Source: the human T2T-CHM13v2.0 reference genome, Homo sapiens. Taken from it: 64,000 bases of DNA. The DNA is taken from assembly GCF_009914755.1 (NCBI RefSeq), contig NC_060934.1. One strand, given 5' to 3'. Shown here piece after piece: positions 15,241-29,762 of the stretch. Each line of letters begins with the position of its first letter. The stretch's first letter is position 1. The notes under the pieces are model-generated. The model was not told the origin of the DNA, did not search any database, and saw nothing but the letters and a program-made list of their open reading frames with translations. The position numbers and the translations under genes were made by a program.

Positions 15241-17005
15241 CTCTTTCTTTATCTACTCATTGACTGGTGGGCATTTGGTTACATATTTTTGAAACTGTCA
15301 ACTGTGCTGCTATAAACATGCGTGTGCAAGTATCTTTTTTCGTATAATTACTTCTTTTCCTCTGGGTAGATACCCAGTAGTGGGATTGCTGGATCAAATG
15401 GTATTTCTACTCTTGGTTCTTTAAGGACTATTCACACTGTTTTCCATAGTGGTTGTACTAGTTTACATTCCCACCAGCAGTGTAAAAGTGTTCCCTTTGT
15501 GCCACATCCGCACCAACATCTATTATTTTTTGATTTTTTGATTATGGCCATTCTTGCAGTAGTAAGGTGGTATCACATTGTGGTTTTGATTTTCATTTCC
15601 CTGATCATTAGTGATGTTGAACATTTTTTCATATGTTTGTTGACCATTTGTATATCTTCTTTGGACAATTGTCTATTTATGTCCTTAGCCTACTTTTTGA
15701 TGGGATTGCTTTTTTCTTGCTAGTTTATTTGAGTTCATTGTAGATTCTGGATATTAGTCCTTTGTCAGAGGTATATATTGTGAAGATTTTTCTCCCATTC
15801 TGTAGGTTGTCTGTTTACTCTGCTCACTGTTCCTTTTGCTATGCAGCAGCTCTTTAATTTAGTCCCACCTGTTTATCTTTGTTTTTGTTGCATTTGCTTT
15901 TGGGTTCTTGGTCGTGAAGTCTTTGCCTAAGCCAATGGCTAGAAGGGTTTTTCCGATGTTACCTTCTAGAATTTTTATAGCTTCAGGTCTTAGATTTAAG
16001 TCCTTGATCCATCTTGAGTTGATTTTTGTATAAAGTGAGAGATGAGGACCCAGTTGCATTCTCCTACATGTGGCTTGCCAATTATCCCAGCACCATTTTT
16101 TGAATAGGGTGTCCTTTCTCTAATTTATGTTTTTGCTTGCTTTGTCAAAGATCAGTTGGCTGTAAGTATTTGGGGTTTATTTATTGGTTCTCTATTCTGT
16201 TCCATTGGTCTATGTTCCTATTTTTATACCACTACCATGCTGTTTTGGTGACTATGGCCATATAGTACAGTTTGAAGTCAAGTAATGTGATGCCTTCAGA
16301 TTTGTTCTTTTTGGTTAGTCTTGCTTTGGCTATGTGGGCTCTTTTCTGTTCCATATGAATTTTAGGATTGTTTTCTCTAGTTCTGTGAAAATGATGGTGG
16401 TATTTTCATGGGAACTACATTGAATTTGTAGATTGCTTTTGTCAGGATGGTCATTTTCACAATATTGATTCTACCCATCCCCGAACATGGGACGTGTTTC
16501 CATTTGTTTGTGTTGCCTGTAATTGCTTTCAGCAGTGTTTTATAGTTTTCCTTGTAGAGGTCTTTCACCTCCTTGGTTAGGTATAATTCCAATTTTTTTT
16601 TTTTTTTTTTTGCAGCTCTTGTAAGAGTGGTTGAGTTATTGATTTGATTCTCAGCTTTGTCACTGTTGTTGTATAGCAGGGCTACTGAATTATGTATATT
16701 AATTTTGTAGCCGGAAACTTTGCTGAATTTATCAGTTTTAGGAGCTTTTTGGAGGAGTCTTTAGGGTTCTCTAGGTATATGATCATATCATCAGCAAACA
16801 GTGACAGTTTGACTTCCTCCTTACCAATTTAAATGCCCTTTATTTCTTTCTCTTGTCTGAATGCTCTAGCTAGGGCTTCCAGTACTCTGTTGAATAGAAG
16901 TGGTGAGAGTGGGCATCCTTGTCTTGTTACGGTTCTCAAAGGGAATGCTTTTAACTTTTCCCCTTTCAGTATTCTGTTGGTTGTCAGTTTGTCATAAACG
17001 GCTTT
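14809..17005 (-). mobile_element. 5'-truncated L1PB (ORF2 3' part and 3' UTR) with perfect 16-bp TSD
   Basis: Minus-strand ORF2 peptides ([32 protein letters not shown]). TTATAAGGTAATTTCT at 14793-14808 and 17006-17021. Confidence 0.93.
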
Positions 17006-17183
17006 TTATAAGGTAATTTCTGAGCTTAAACATATGTAAAAGTATGACTTTAACATATATTGTCAGTTAAGAATTTGTATCAAATGTAAATTTTCACCTA
17101 ACCCCATGTTCTTAGGGCTGTTTCTTCACATACTCTCTGTTGAGGTTGCTTGTTGTTTGATTCTCTGGAGTCTTTTTAAAAAA

Positions 17184-17471
17184 TTTTTTTTGAGTCATAG
17201 TCTCACTCTGTCACCCAGGCTGAAGTATAATAGCACGATCACAGCTCACTGCAGCCTAAACTTCACAGGCTCCAGCAATCCTCCCACCTCAGCCTCTCAA
17301 GTAGCCATGACCACAGGTGCATGTGCCAGCACATCCAGCTAATTTTTTGTATTTTTAATACAGACAGGATTTAGCCATGCTGCCCATGCTAGTCTCAAAC
17401 TCCTGAGCTCAAGCAATCTACCTGCTTTGGCCTCCCAAAGTGCTGCGATAACTGAGCCACCATGCTTGGCC
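17184..17471 (-). mobile_element. AluJ
   Basis: 'gatcacagctcactgcagcc', 'ctcctgagctcaagcaatc'. Confidence 0.88.
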
Positions 17472-18293
17472 TCTCCAGAGTCTGTGGATATCTTTCCCTG
17501 TCTCTGTAATTCAAAAACCTAAACCTTTCTTATAATCCCACCACTCCCATCAGGTTCCTTTCCTTTTTCAATTTAGGTGAAATAATTTGTCAATTTATTT
17601 AAATTCTCACCAAACTTTTTAAAAAGAAATTTCAGTTTTTTAAATAGAAAAATTTCCTAATCAAGCAGATGAAATTGTAGATTGTTTTAATTTACATCTA
17701 TGATTAATAATGGGGTTGAATGTTTTTTAAAGATTCATGAGCTAATTATTAAACATTTATTTTTCTTCTTTTGAGAATTACCCATTTATTTTCTTGCCAA
17801 GAATTTCTACTGAGCTGCTTGCTTTCTTGTATTTATTCAGAAGTGGTCTGTCTTCATTAACTATATTAACCTTTTTTATAAGATAATGTAAATATGTTTT
17901 TCTTGATTTTCATTGTCTTCGCATATTGTTCCTAGTAATTTTGATGAAAATTTTTTTTCCAATTTGTTTAATTTAGTCTAGATTTTCTTTTATTGCTTTT
18001 GCCTTTGTCATTAGGCTTAAGAAGCCCCCTAAAATTAAATAAATATTATTCATGTGTTTCTATATTTTCTATCTTTACATTTTATTGCCTATTTTAGTTT
18101 GCTTGAGCTGTCATAATAAAATACCACAGACTAGGCATCTTAAACAAGAGAAGTTAACTTTCTCACAGTTCTGGAGGCTGGAAGTCCAGGATCAAAGTGT
18201 TAGCAGGCTTGGTTTCTTCTGAGGCCTCTCTCCACGGCTTGAAGATGATTTTCTTCTACTTGTGTTATTACAAGTTCTTTCCTCTGTGCATGT

Positions 18294-18618
18294 AGCTGTT
18301 GAGTATTCCTTATTGGAAATCCTTGGGACCAGAAGTGTCTTGAATTTTTTATTTTTTCAGAATTTGGAGTATTTGCATTTACATGAAATATCTTGGGAAT
18401 GGGTTCCAGATCCAAACAGAAAATTCACTTATGTTTCATATACACCTATGCACATAGCCTGAAGGTAATTTTATACAATATTTTAAATAATATATATGAC
18501 CCATCACATGAGACCAGGTGTGGAATTTTTCACTGACGTCATAACTCCGTGCTGAAAAAATTTTGACTTTTGAAGCATTACCAATTTTGGATTTTCAGAT
18601 TAGGGATGTTTAACATGT
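18294..18618. mobile_element. Tigger4b/MER46 (Zombi) DNA-transposon MITE
   Basis: 'gttgagtattcctt...ttgggaccagaagtgt...gcctgaaggtaattttatacaat...ttttcagattagggatg'. Confidence 0.8.
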
Positions 18619-18715
18619 TCATGCCTGGCGTCTGTCTCTCGCTTTCTAAGGACAGAAGTCGCATTGGATTACTGCTCCACCCTTAGGGCTTCAGTTCAAT
18701 TTAAGGACCTTTCTT

Positions 18716-19071
<356 letters not shown>

Positions 19072-19443
19072 TTACAGTGCTATCTCCAAATATACTAACA
19101 TGGATTATAGCTTACCCATATTCTCTCATTTAACCTTAATTATCTCTTTAAAGGCCTTATTTCCAAATATGACTTCATTTGAGATACCAGGGTTTGGCTG
19201 GGACTTCAACTTAGGAATTTTGGGGGAAAGGATGTAATTCACCCCACAATAATGCTGCAGTCCTCATATGTAAATGCCCTTGAAACATACCTTATTCCAA
19301 AGTTCCCTACCAAAATAATGTACCATAAGGCTTTTTTGGCTTTTTTTTTTGTCTAACAACGTTTTTTCCCTTTACAAAATGCTAGTATGTATTATTTCCC
19401 TGGTTGCCTAATCTACATACTTTTTAAATTTTTTTTTAATTAA

Positions 19444-19830
<387 letters not shown>

Positions 19831-20629
19831 TAGAATTCCCTTAATTGTCCCACTCTGGTGGAAACTAAACTATGGAATCAGGTGATTATCCTGATTATCA
19901 CAGACTCACAGGAATTCATTTGACTGGGTGATGCTTTTATTTTCTTAATTGCTTTAAATATAAGCATAGTCCAAAATATTAAAAGGTTCTTTTAATCTAT
20001 ACTAAGATAAAATTTGTTAGTTGAATTAATTTTAGAAAGAAAACAAAAAAGAAATGAACATACTTAGAAATTAATAATTTTATCACTCATTAATGTTTTA
20101 CTCTTGTTAATATATTTCTAGATCTTCTTTAGTGTGAGTTATTTTTTCCTAGATACATTTTCATGAGTTGAGTCACTGACTGAAAGTTATCTGGGAATAT
20201 ATTAAATATCATAAGCACATTGAAATAAAGTTGAGTAGAATAGAGCTTTCTTTGGCAACGAGATAAAATTTTCCAGTAAGCTAGGGAATATCTGAAACAG
20301 ACTGTAAGAACACAGCCTCTGTGAGGTTAGCTGGGGGCCCTACACCACCAAAGCCTCAGTGTTTATATAATCTGAAAGACTCTGTATCTCCAGTCTTTAC
20401 AAGATCCCAGAAAACCCATTTCCAGAAATACACTCCTTGTTTAATTTTTTGCCGTTTGTTCTTTTTGGTTCTGATACTAATGTTACCCACAGCCCTCCAT
20501 GACAAATGTATTTCTATGAAAAGGTAAAACTTTGTTTTCCTTTCAGTTGTCTTTATGTCTCTCTCTTCTCTCCCTCCTCTTAATTTTTTTAATAAATAAT
20601 ATTTATTTCCTATCGTGAAATGCATCAGT

Positions 20630-20810
20630 GATTGTGGTTCTCAAACTTGGCTACATATAAAAATCTTTTGAGGAACATAAAATACTATTTCTGCCTGGGC
20701 CCCACAGCAGACCAATTAAATCATTCTCTCTGGGTATGGGGTCCTGGAAGCCATACTTTTTAAAGCTTCAAATTATTCTAAGGTGAAGACAGTAATGTGA
20801 ACCCTTATTA
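20630..20810. mobile_element. MER5-type hAT MITE
   Basis: 'gtggttctcaaacttggctac...gcctgggcccac..agaccaattaaatca'. Confidence 0.7.
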
Positions 20811-21419
20811 TACACATAAAAGAGTATTTTTAATATACGCTTTCAGCTTAATAATAAAATAAGATGTTCCCCTTAGTTACTCCACACAAAGTAAGCATAT
20901 TACCTGTCTTTGGGAAATTTTTTATGTGTTCTTGTCGAATTACATACTTTTCTCTTCTGCTAGAGGAAGTCACTACCATGTCTTTTATGATAATGATCTT
21001 CTTGACTTTTTTAGTTTTAGCACAGCTGATTGTATTCCTAAATAATGCTATTTAATTTTGCCACTTTTTGTCCTTTATGTAGATAGTCACACTACAAAAT
21101 TGTATGCTTGCTCCTTTCTGAGCGATGTGTGTTTGAGATTCTTCACTAAGCACAGAGCTGTGACTCATTCATTTTATCAATTACTTTATGTAATCATGGA
21201 TGAATATTCCTAAAATAAGTAAGAATTCCATTTTGTTTCTAATTTTTGCTTTTATGGAAGTAAGTAATAAGAAACCTCATCCACACAGAATTGGGATGTT
21301 TGCTAAGATTGGAGTTTTGCTATTGCATTGTCCTGCAGGTGTTTGAACTGGGTCACATGCCAAAAGTAAGTTACATGCCAAAAATCAGTGTTGCATAATC
21401 AAAAATTGTTATTCTCTTT

Positions 21420-24400
21420 CTTTCCAGAAAACTTTATTCAAGTGTGATTGCCATATAAAAAGCTCTATTTAGTGTATACAACTCAATGTGTTTGGGGATA
21501 AGTATACACTCATGAAAAAAGTCACCATTGTCAAGGCCATAGGCATATACCACACATCCCAAAGTTTCCTCCCATCCCCTTTATTGGACTTTTTATGGTA
21601 AAAACACTAAACATAAGGTCTACCTTCTTAGCAAATTTTAAATATTCAATATAGTGTTGTTATCTGGAGGCACTATACAATATAGGGCAACCCCAGAACT
21701 TATTTATCCTGCATAACTGAAACTTTATACCCCTTAAACATTACCTCCACATTTCCCCCTTCCACCAGACTCTGGCAATCACCATTCTATGCTTCTGTGA
21801 ATCTAAAAGAAGATTCCACATATAACTAAAGTCATGTCATATTTATCTTTCTGTGTCTGGCATATTTCACTTAGCTAATACCTTCCAGAGTCACCCATGT
21901 TGTCCCAAATGTCAGGATTCCCTTCATTTTTCAAGGTTGAATAATATTCCATTGCGTGTGTATACCACATTTTCTTTATGCATTCATCCATCCATGGACA
22001 TTTAGGTTGTTTCCATATCTTGGTTATAATGCTGCAATTACGATACCAGGTGTAAATATCTCTTTGAGATATTAATTTCAATTCCTTTGGGATATATACC
22101 CAGAAGTAGAATTGTCAGTTTATTATGATAGTTTTATTTTTAATTTTTTAAGGAAACTCTCTACTGTTTTCTGTATGGTTGTACCAACTTACATTTTCAC
22201 CAACAGTGTGCAATGGTTTCCTTTTCTCCACATTCTCCCCTTTTATTTTTCAAAACAATAGCCATCCCAAGAGGTGTGTGGAGATAGCTCATGGAGGTTT
22301 TGATTTGTATTTCTCTAATGATTAGTGATATTGTCCATGTTTTCATATACCTGTTGTCCATTTGTTATGTCTTTTTTGGGAAAATGTCCATTCAGGGTCT
22401 TTGGCAATTTTTGCAAGTTAATTATTATTTTTTTTTCTGTTGTGTGAGCTACTTATATATTTTGGATATTAGTCCCTTATCAGATATATGATTCACAAAT
22501 ATTTTCTCCTAATACTTTCTTGGGTCGCCTAGGCTGCCTTTTCACTGTGTTGATTGCTTCCTTTACTATGCAGAAGCTTTTCAGTTTGATGTAGTCTTAC
22601 TTGTTTATTTTTGTTTTTGTTGCCTTACGTTAGGGGTTGACATCCAAAAATTTATTGCCAAGATCAATGTCAAGGAAATTTTCCCCTATCTTTTTTTTAG
22701 GAGTTTTGCCATTTGGGGTCTTATTTCATTTTAATCCATTTGAGTTGATTTTTTTGTTTGTAAGATAAATGTTCAGTTGCGTTCTTGTGCATGTGGGTAT
22801 TCAGTTTTCCCAGTACCATTTGCTGGAGAGATTATTCTTTTTTCATTACGTATTCTTGGCACCCTTGTCCAAAATTAGTTAGTCCTACATGTATGGGCTT
22901 ATTTCTGGGCTCTTGATTATGTTCCATTGGTCTATGGGTCTGGTTTTAATGCCAGTATCCACACTGTTTTCATTACTGTGGCTTTGTAATATGTTTTGAA
23001 ATCAGGAAATATGATGCCTTTGGCTTTATTTTTCTTGCTTGAGGTTGCTTTGTCTAATCAGGGTATTTTGTAATTCGATATGAATTTTAGGACTTTTTTT
23101 TCTATTTCTGTGGAAAACGACTTAGAATTTGGATGTGGATTGCACTGAATGTGTGGATCACTTTGGGTAGTATAGACATTTTAACAATATTAATGTTTCA
23201 ATTCATGAACATGGGATTTCTTCCCGGTTATTTGTCCCTTTTCCTATTTTTCTCAGGATTTTTTTTTTTTTTTACTTTTCAGTATGCATATATTTCACCT
23301 CTGCTTAATTTTTTTTTTTTGATTCTTTCATAGATGGGTTTGTTTGCCTAATTTCTTTTTCATATAGTTTATTTTTATCATGAAGAAACACTACTGATTT
23401 TTGTAAGTTGATTTTTGCATCCTGCAACTTTACAAAATTTGTTTAATAATTCTAACAGGGTTTTTTCTGTGGATTCTTCAGAGTTTTCTATATATAAGAT
23501 CATGTCATCTACAAACAGAGACAACTTTACTTTTTCTTTCAAATTTGGATGCCTTTTATTTCCTTTTCTTATCTATTTTCCCTGGCAAGGACTTGCAGTA
23601 CTGTTTTAAATAAAAGTGGTAAGAGTGGGCATTCTTGCTTTGTTCCTGATCTTAGAGGAAAAACATTTTTCTTTTTCACCATTGAGCTTTCACATATGGC
23701 TTTTATTATGTTGAGTTAATTCCTTCTATACCTAAATTTGTTGACAAGTTTCATCATAAGATGTTGAAATTTGTCAAATGCTTTTTCTCCATCTATTGAA
23801 ATGACTGTATGATTTTTATCCTTCATCAGTTAATGTGGTGTACCACATTTCTTGATTTACCTACGTTGAACCAACTTTGAATCTCATGAATAAATCACAC
23901 TTGATCAGGGTATATGATCCTTTCAGTGTGCTGTTGAGTTCTGTTTGCTAGAGCTTTGCTGAGGGTTTCGCATGGATGTTTATCAGGAATATTTGCCTGT
24001 ATTTTCTTTTCTTGTAGTGTTTTTGTCTGGCTTTGATATCAGAGTGATGGAGGTCTCGTAAATGAACTTGGAAGTATTTCCTCCTCTTCAGTTATTTGTG
24101 AAAGTTTGAGAAGGATTGTCATCAATCTTTTTTAAAAGAAGAATTTGGTAAAATTCACCAGTCAAGCAATCCAGTCCTGGGCTTTTCTTTGTTGAGAGTT
24201 TTTGATGACTGATTCAATCTCTTTACTCATTATTGGTCTGTTCAGGTTTTCTCTTTCTTCATGATTCAGTCTTGGTAGAAGGTATGTTACTAGGAATTTA
24301 TCTATTTCTTTTAAGTTATCAAAGTTGTTAGAATACAATTGTTAATAGTAGTATCATATGATCCTTTGTATCTCTGTGGTAACAGTGGTAATATCATTTA

Positions 24401-24560
24401 TAATATTATTTATGTTGTTATCTGGCCTTTCTAAGTCTAGCTAAAGGTTTATCAATTTTTTATGTCTTTTCAAAAAACAAACTTGTAGTTTTTTTATCTT
24501 TTTAATTTTTGTCTCATTCCCTGTATCATTTATTTCTGTTCTAATCATGATTTTCTGACT
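21420..24560 (-). mobile_element. L1MA/MB fragment (3' UTR and ORF2)
   Basis: Minus-strand L1 peptide KIWKQPKCPWMDECIKKMWY; continuous L1 antisense sequence. Confidence 0.88.
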
Positions 24561-24731
24561 TCTAAATATAATCATTGATAAATATGAATTTATCTCATAT
24601 CCTTCGCATATGTTTTTTAAATATGCAATTTTAATATCCTAGACAATAATATTTGCCATTCCAATGACAATATTCCACACTCAATGGAAACTAAAGCTAA
24701 ACATTTTTGGCATCCAAAGCTTGTTCATATA

Positions 24732-24825
24732 TAAGAAATGTGAAAGCTTGTTCATAACCTCACTTTATCCTCAACTTAAATTTTGAGGATAAAGTGAGGT
24801 TATGAACAAGCTTTCACATTTCTTA
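24732..24825. repeat. Perfect inverted repeat, 43-bp arms with an 8-nt spacer, inside a MIR-like remnant
   Basis: TAAGAAATGTGAAAGCTTGTTCATAACCTCACTTTATCCTCAA (24732-24774) is the exact reverse complement of 24783-24825. Confidence 0.97.
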
Positions 24826-24954
24826 AATGTGAAATTTTTCAACTTAAATTTTGAGGATAAAGTGAGGTTATGACGTATACCCTGCTCCTATAACAGTGCC
24901 TGGCATACTACAGACAACAAGCAAATAAATAGGTAATTTTAAAAAAAGTATTTA

Positions 24955-25860
24955 AAAATTGTGGTAAAATATATAGAACATAAAACTACCATCTTAATCA
25001 TTGTTAGGCCTACAGTTCAGTAGCCTTAAGTACATTTACATTGTTCAACCATCACCATCATCCATCTCCAGAATTTCCATCTTGCAAAACTGAAATTCTG
25101 TACCTGTTGACAATAACGCATCATTTTCTCCTTCCCCAGCCCCTGATGTCTACCATTTTACTTTCTGTCTCTGTGAATTTTTCTACTCTGGGTGCCACAC
25201 ATGAGTGGAATCATACAATATTTGCCCATTTGTGACTGGTTTATTTCATTTAGCATAATGTCCTCAAAGCTTATTCTGTTGTAGCCTATGTCAAAACTTC
25301 CATGAAAACTTGTTTTTTTCAGGCAGAATAATGTTCTATTGTATGCATATACCACATTTTGTTTATCTGTCAATGGACACTTGGATTGCTTTTGCCTTTT
25401 GACTATTGTGAAAAATGCTGCTATGACATTAGTGCACAAATACCTGCTCAAGTCCCTGCTTTCAGTTCCTTTCAATATAAGCCAGAAGTGGAACAGTTTG
25501 ATTATATGGTAATTCTATTTGTAATTTTTGTAAGAACCACCACATTCTTTTCCATAGCAGCTCTATCATTTTACAATCCCACCAAAAGTACACGAGGGTT
25601 CCATTTTCTCCACATCTTCACCAACACACATATTTTCTGTTTTGTTTTGTTTTTTTCATAGTAGTCATTCCCATGGGTGTAAGATCGTATCTAGTTTTGG
25701 TTTTCATTTGTATTTCCCTAATGATTAATGATGTTGAACATCGTTTCATGTGCTTATTGGACATTTGTGTGTATGTTCTTTGGAGAAATACCTACTTAAG
25801 TCCTTTGCCCATTCATTAGTCAGGTTATTTTTTTATTATTGCTTTTGTCAAGTTTTAAGC
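24955..25860 (-). mobile_element. L1MB 3' fragment
   Basis: 'ttgtggtaaaatata..aacataaaa..taccatcttaa...catccatctccagaa'; peptide RQKQSKCPLTD. Confidence 0.85.
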
Positions 25861-26774
25861 AGTCATTTTTTTTAAATGAGTACAGAGATGAATGTGAAGA
25901 GTAGGATCACTCTTCTGCTTTGTCATTGAGCAGCTAATAAGAAAATATAAGTACATATACAGTTATAAATATAGAAACATTTGTAAATTTATCCTATTTC
26001 CAATGTACATCCAAAGAGATTTGAATAAAAGTGTCCAAGTTTTAAAAATCTCTTTATCAAATAGTCAAGTCTTTGTTTGCTATAATCTCATTAGTAACAA
26101 AATATTCTTTGCTCTAAGGCATAGCTTTTCTTTTTAATCTACCATACATTTCGACACAGTCTGTTGAACAATGTCTTCTGCCATCCTTTTCATTCACCAA
26201 CTAATGTTGTTCCCTGGTGTCATTACAAGGAATAAGCCCATTGTAAGTTATCAATTTTAATATCATCTGCTAATATTATTTTATAACTTTATTTAGAAAG
26301 TAAATGATAATATAAAATATTATTTATGTTTTCTCAAAGAAGCATTTTGTTCTTAAAAGAATGGTGGCCAAGGATGAAAACAACAACAAAAAAAATTAGA
26401 ACTTTCAACATTTCCTATAAATCAAGAACTGTTTTGTCAACTTTATATATTTTATTTTATCTTGGCAAAATCTTACTAGAACCCATTTTATAGAACTAAG
26501 GGTGTAACAGGGCAGGAAATTAAGAATCAAGGAGGAAAAAAAACCTAGAAAAATGAATGTTATATAACATTTATTAAATGCCAAACAAGTACTGAAAATT
26601 TTGCATTCATTAGTTCATTAAATGTTTACGTACCGCTTCATATAAGAAGTTCAATATCCCTATTTATCACATGAGAAATATGAGGCTCAGAAAGATTTGT
26701 TAAATTTAACCAAATCACACAGTTGTGGCAGATTTTGCTGAAGGATTTTAAGATTTCATTTAAAAACATTTTAA

Positions 26775-27119
<345 letters not shown>

Positions 27120-29160
27120 TTACAAAATAAAGAATATAAGGTAAAAATATTAATCTTGAGTCCCAGTGTCAATAATAATCCTCAGTTCACAGCAAACCTA
27201 TTGAATTCTGAAGGCATGATTGAAATACTATGTCAAAAATATAGTAGAGATTAAATTGTTATACATTCCCTAAATCTAAGCAAGTTCAATGGAAAGGGTC
27301 AAAGACAATATTAGGCTGTGATTAGACTTGTTTGTATTCATTTTATGCAGAAAAACATAACTTGTTCATTGACCCTGAAATTTGCACATAAATTGAACAT
27401 TATGTAACTGTGTTCTGCAGTGACCTTTCTATGTCAATAATAGACAAGAAAGGCTAACTAAAAGGTCTCAATCTGATTGCTCAGCTTCTCAAAATCTCTT
27501 ATTCTTCATTAAAGCCCATTAATGTTATCAAAATCAAAGAGATTCTAAAACCTCATGTTTGGGAAAGTTGTATTTCCTTGAACGTGGGATTGTTTTCCTT
27601 TTATTACACACATCAGTGATTATTGTTGCCGCTCCTCTCCTCACTTTTACAGTGGGACCTAAAAAGAGCAATAATAGATGCAATTAATAGTTAATATTCT
27701 TTTTAGTGCACATACCTTAAATAAATCAAGGGCATTTTTGCCAAAGATTGGGGGATGATGGGTCGGAAAAGTGAAGAAACAATTGTGGAAGCCATCCTTG
27801 GGGAGAGTAAGGTCCAAGGATCTCAGCAGTAGGTGTTTACGGAAATGTGCTCCAATGAGCTGCCCACTAGATGCCTGTCCACACCAAACTTGGCATCTCT
27901 ACGTGTTTTAGTACAGCATTCAATCCCAAATGGAATAGTCCTGTTATTCTGTCTTTGATCAGTTGTCTATCCTTAGGTCAATAAGCCATATAATACCATC
28001 TTGAGACCCAGGATAATGAGTATTTGAGGGCTCTTTTCTGTCCCTCTCTGAGCTACACCCTTCCTCACTTGGCAAGGGATGTGTCCAGCTAAGAAGACAC
28101 GCCCACTGAGAGACATACTCCCTGTTCCAGATCCAGGATCTCAGGTTTCTGTGGTCCATAATCTACTTCAGAGGTCTTTGTAGGCCTCTTCCCCAGCTCT
28201 GTCCTCTTTCAGATGAACTGCCTTGATGGTGTGCTTACCCCAGGCTGGTGGGGTGGCTAAGCAATGACTATGGATTTGAGGCATTTGTATGTGAATAGGT
28301 TAGAGGTGGATCTACAACCATAGCCTGAGCGGTCATCTCGAACCAGGATATACATTCATTTTGTGTTTACTTTGGACACCATTCCAGGCTGCACATAATA
28401 GCACTTATTTTACAACACTCTAGTTATGTTTTTTATTCATATGACATGTTCTCACACAATGAACATAGAAGATTCGTGAGTCTTTCGTGGAGGTATGTAC
28501 ACTTCAGAAATACATCTCTATATTTCAACATACGCTTCCAAACTCTCCATCTCATTAACCTAACTTCTTTGTCAAATTAAAAAAAAATATTTTCTACTGA
28601 AAAACACTAATGTTTTCATTTTTTCCAGGTATTCCAACATCTCATTTTTTAGGATCAATGGTAGTAAACTCTTAGCTCTATATAATTCTTGATTTTTTCA
28701 TTCCAGTGGAAACATACATTCAGAGATGGGAATGCCTGCGGCTTGAAATGCACTACAAGAATACGTTTTAACCTCTTAGTGCTCAACAATATTAATAGAA
28801 TTTTAATCTTATATTTTACCTCATAAAAGGAATATATTATTGCATAGCTGAAAATGATACTTTTATATGACTTGTTATAGAAATTTTTATACTTGTATTT
28901 ATATATTTTAAAGGCAACAAGAAAATTGTCAATGAATTAACTAAGTATCTTCAAGATAATATTCAAAACTCCATAACATTTTAAAGATCCAAAGTAATTG
29001 AATGATATCATTCAAAGTTACTTGGGGGATTTTACAAATGGGAAAATAGAAATAAGGCCTGTTAGCTCTCAGTTGAGTGACTATTCTGCTACTCTAGAGT
29101 AGTTGGAAATAAATAAATAAATAAATAAATAAACACAATAATTGTTGACTTGCTTGGTCA

Positions 29161-29762
29161 TGAAGTGGCATCATTGTCTGGGGCAAACACCTGGGGTTCA
29201 TTGTCTCATGCCAGAGAAATTGTGGATGCAGACACACAAGAAGTGAGTTTAAGGGTGGAGGTTTAATAGACGAAAGAAAGAGAAAAAAGAATAGCGCTCT
29301 TTCTTGCAGAGAGAGAGGGGCTCCCAAGTGGGACTTCTAGTTTTGTGATGAAATGCACCAGATTTCATAGATAAGCTTGAGGAGGCAGTGTCTGATTTAC
29401 ACAGGGCCCAAGAGATTGGTCGGACCAGGTGTGACATTTGCATAGCACATGAAGAAGCTGGTCATCCCACCGTAATCTTTTATTATGCAGATGGAGTCTC
29501 TAACTGGCCTTCACCATGTTGTCTGTTCATTATTGTACACATGGTTGACAAAAGGGAAGTTGGAGCTGCCATGTTGAACATGCCTGGCTCCCAAGTAACC
29601 CTTTTCTACTGGCACAGTTGCCGGCATTCGCCTGTGCAAGCTTCTAGTTTCCCTTTCTGTGTCTGCAGCTGAATTTTACAGGCTGCTCTTTGTTGGAAAA
29701 GAAATGATTCGGGGGCTGCTTTTATTAAAAGGGAAATCTTACCAAGGACTCTCTGGCCCTAA
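29161..29762 (-). mobile_element. ERV1 solo LTR (LTR9/MER61-like)
   Basis: Begins tgaagtggcatcattgtctgggg (reverse of an LTR 3' end). The minus strand reads 'aaagagcagcctgtaaaattcagctgcagacac...gccaggcatgttcaacatgg'. Confidence 0.7.

Noticed and set aside
21352-21385. Short direct repeat acatgccaaaa twice (similar short duplications near 15165, 32865, 47020)
   Set aside because: Ordinary slippage-size duplications expected in 64 kb.
27780-28340. GC-richer segment as a possible extra exon
   Set aside because: No MAM or LDLa signature was seen and the flanking exons already join in frame. Probably a decayed repeat I cannot name.
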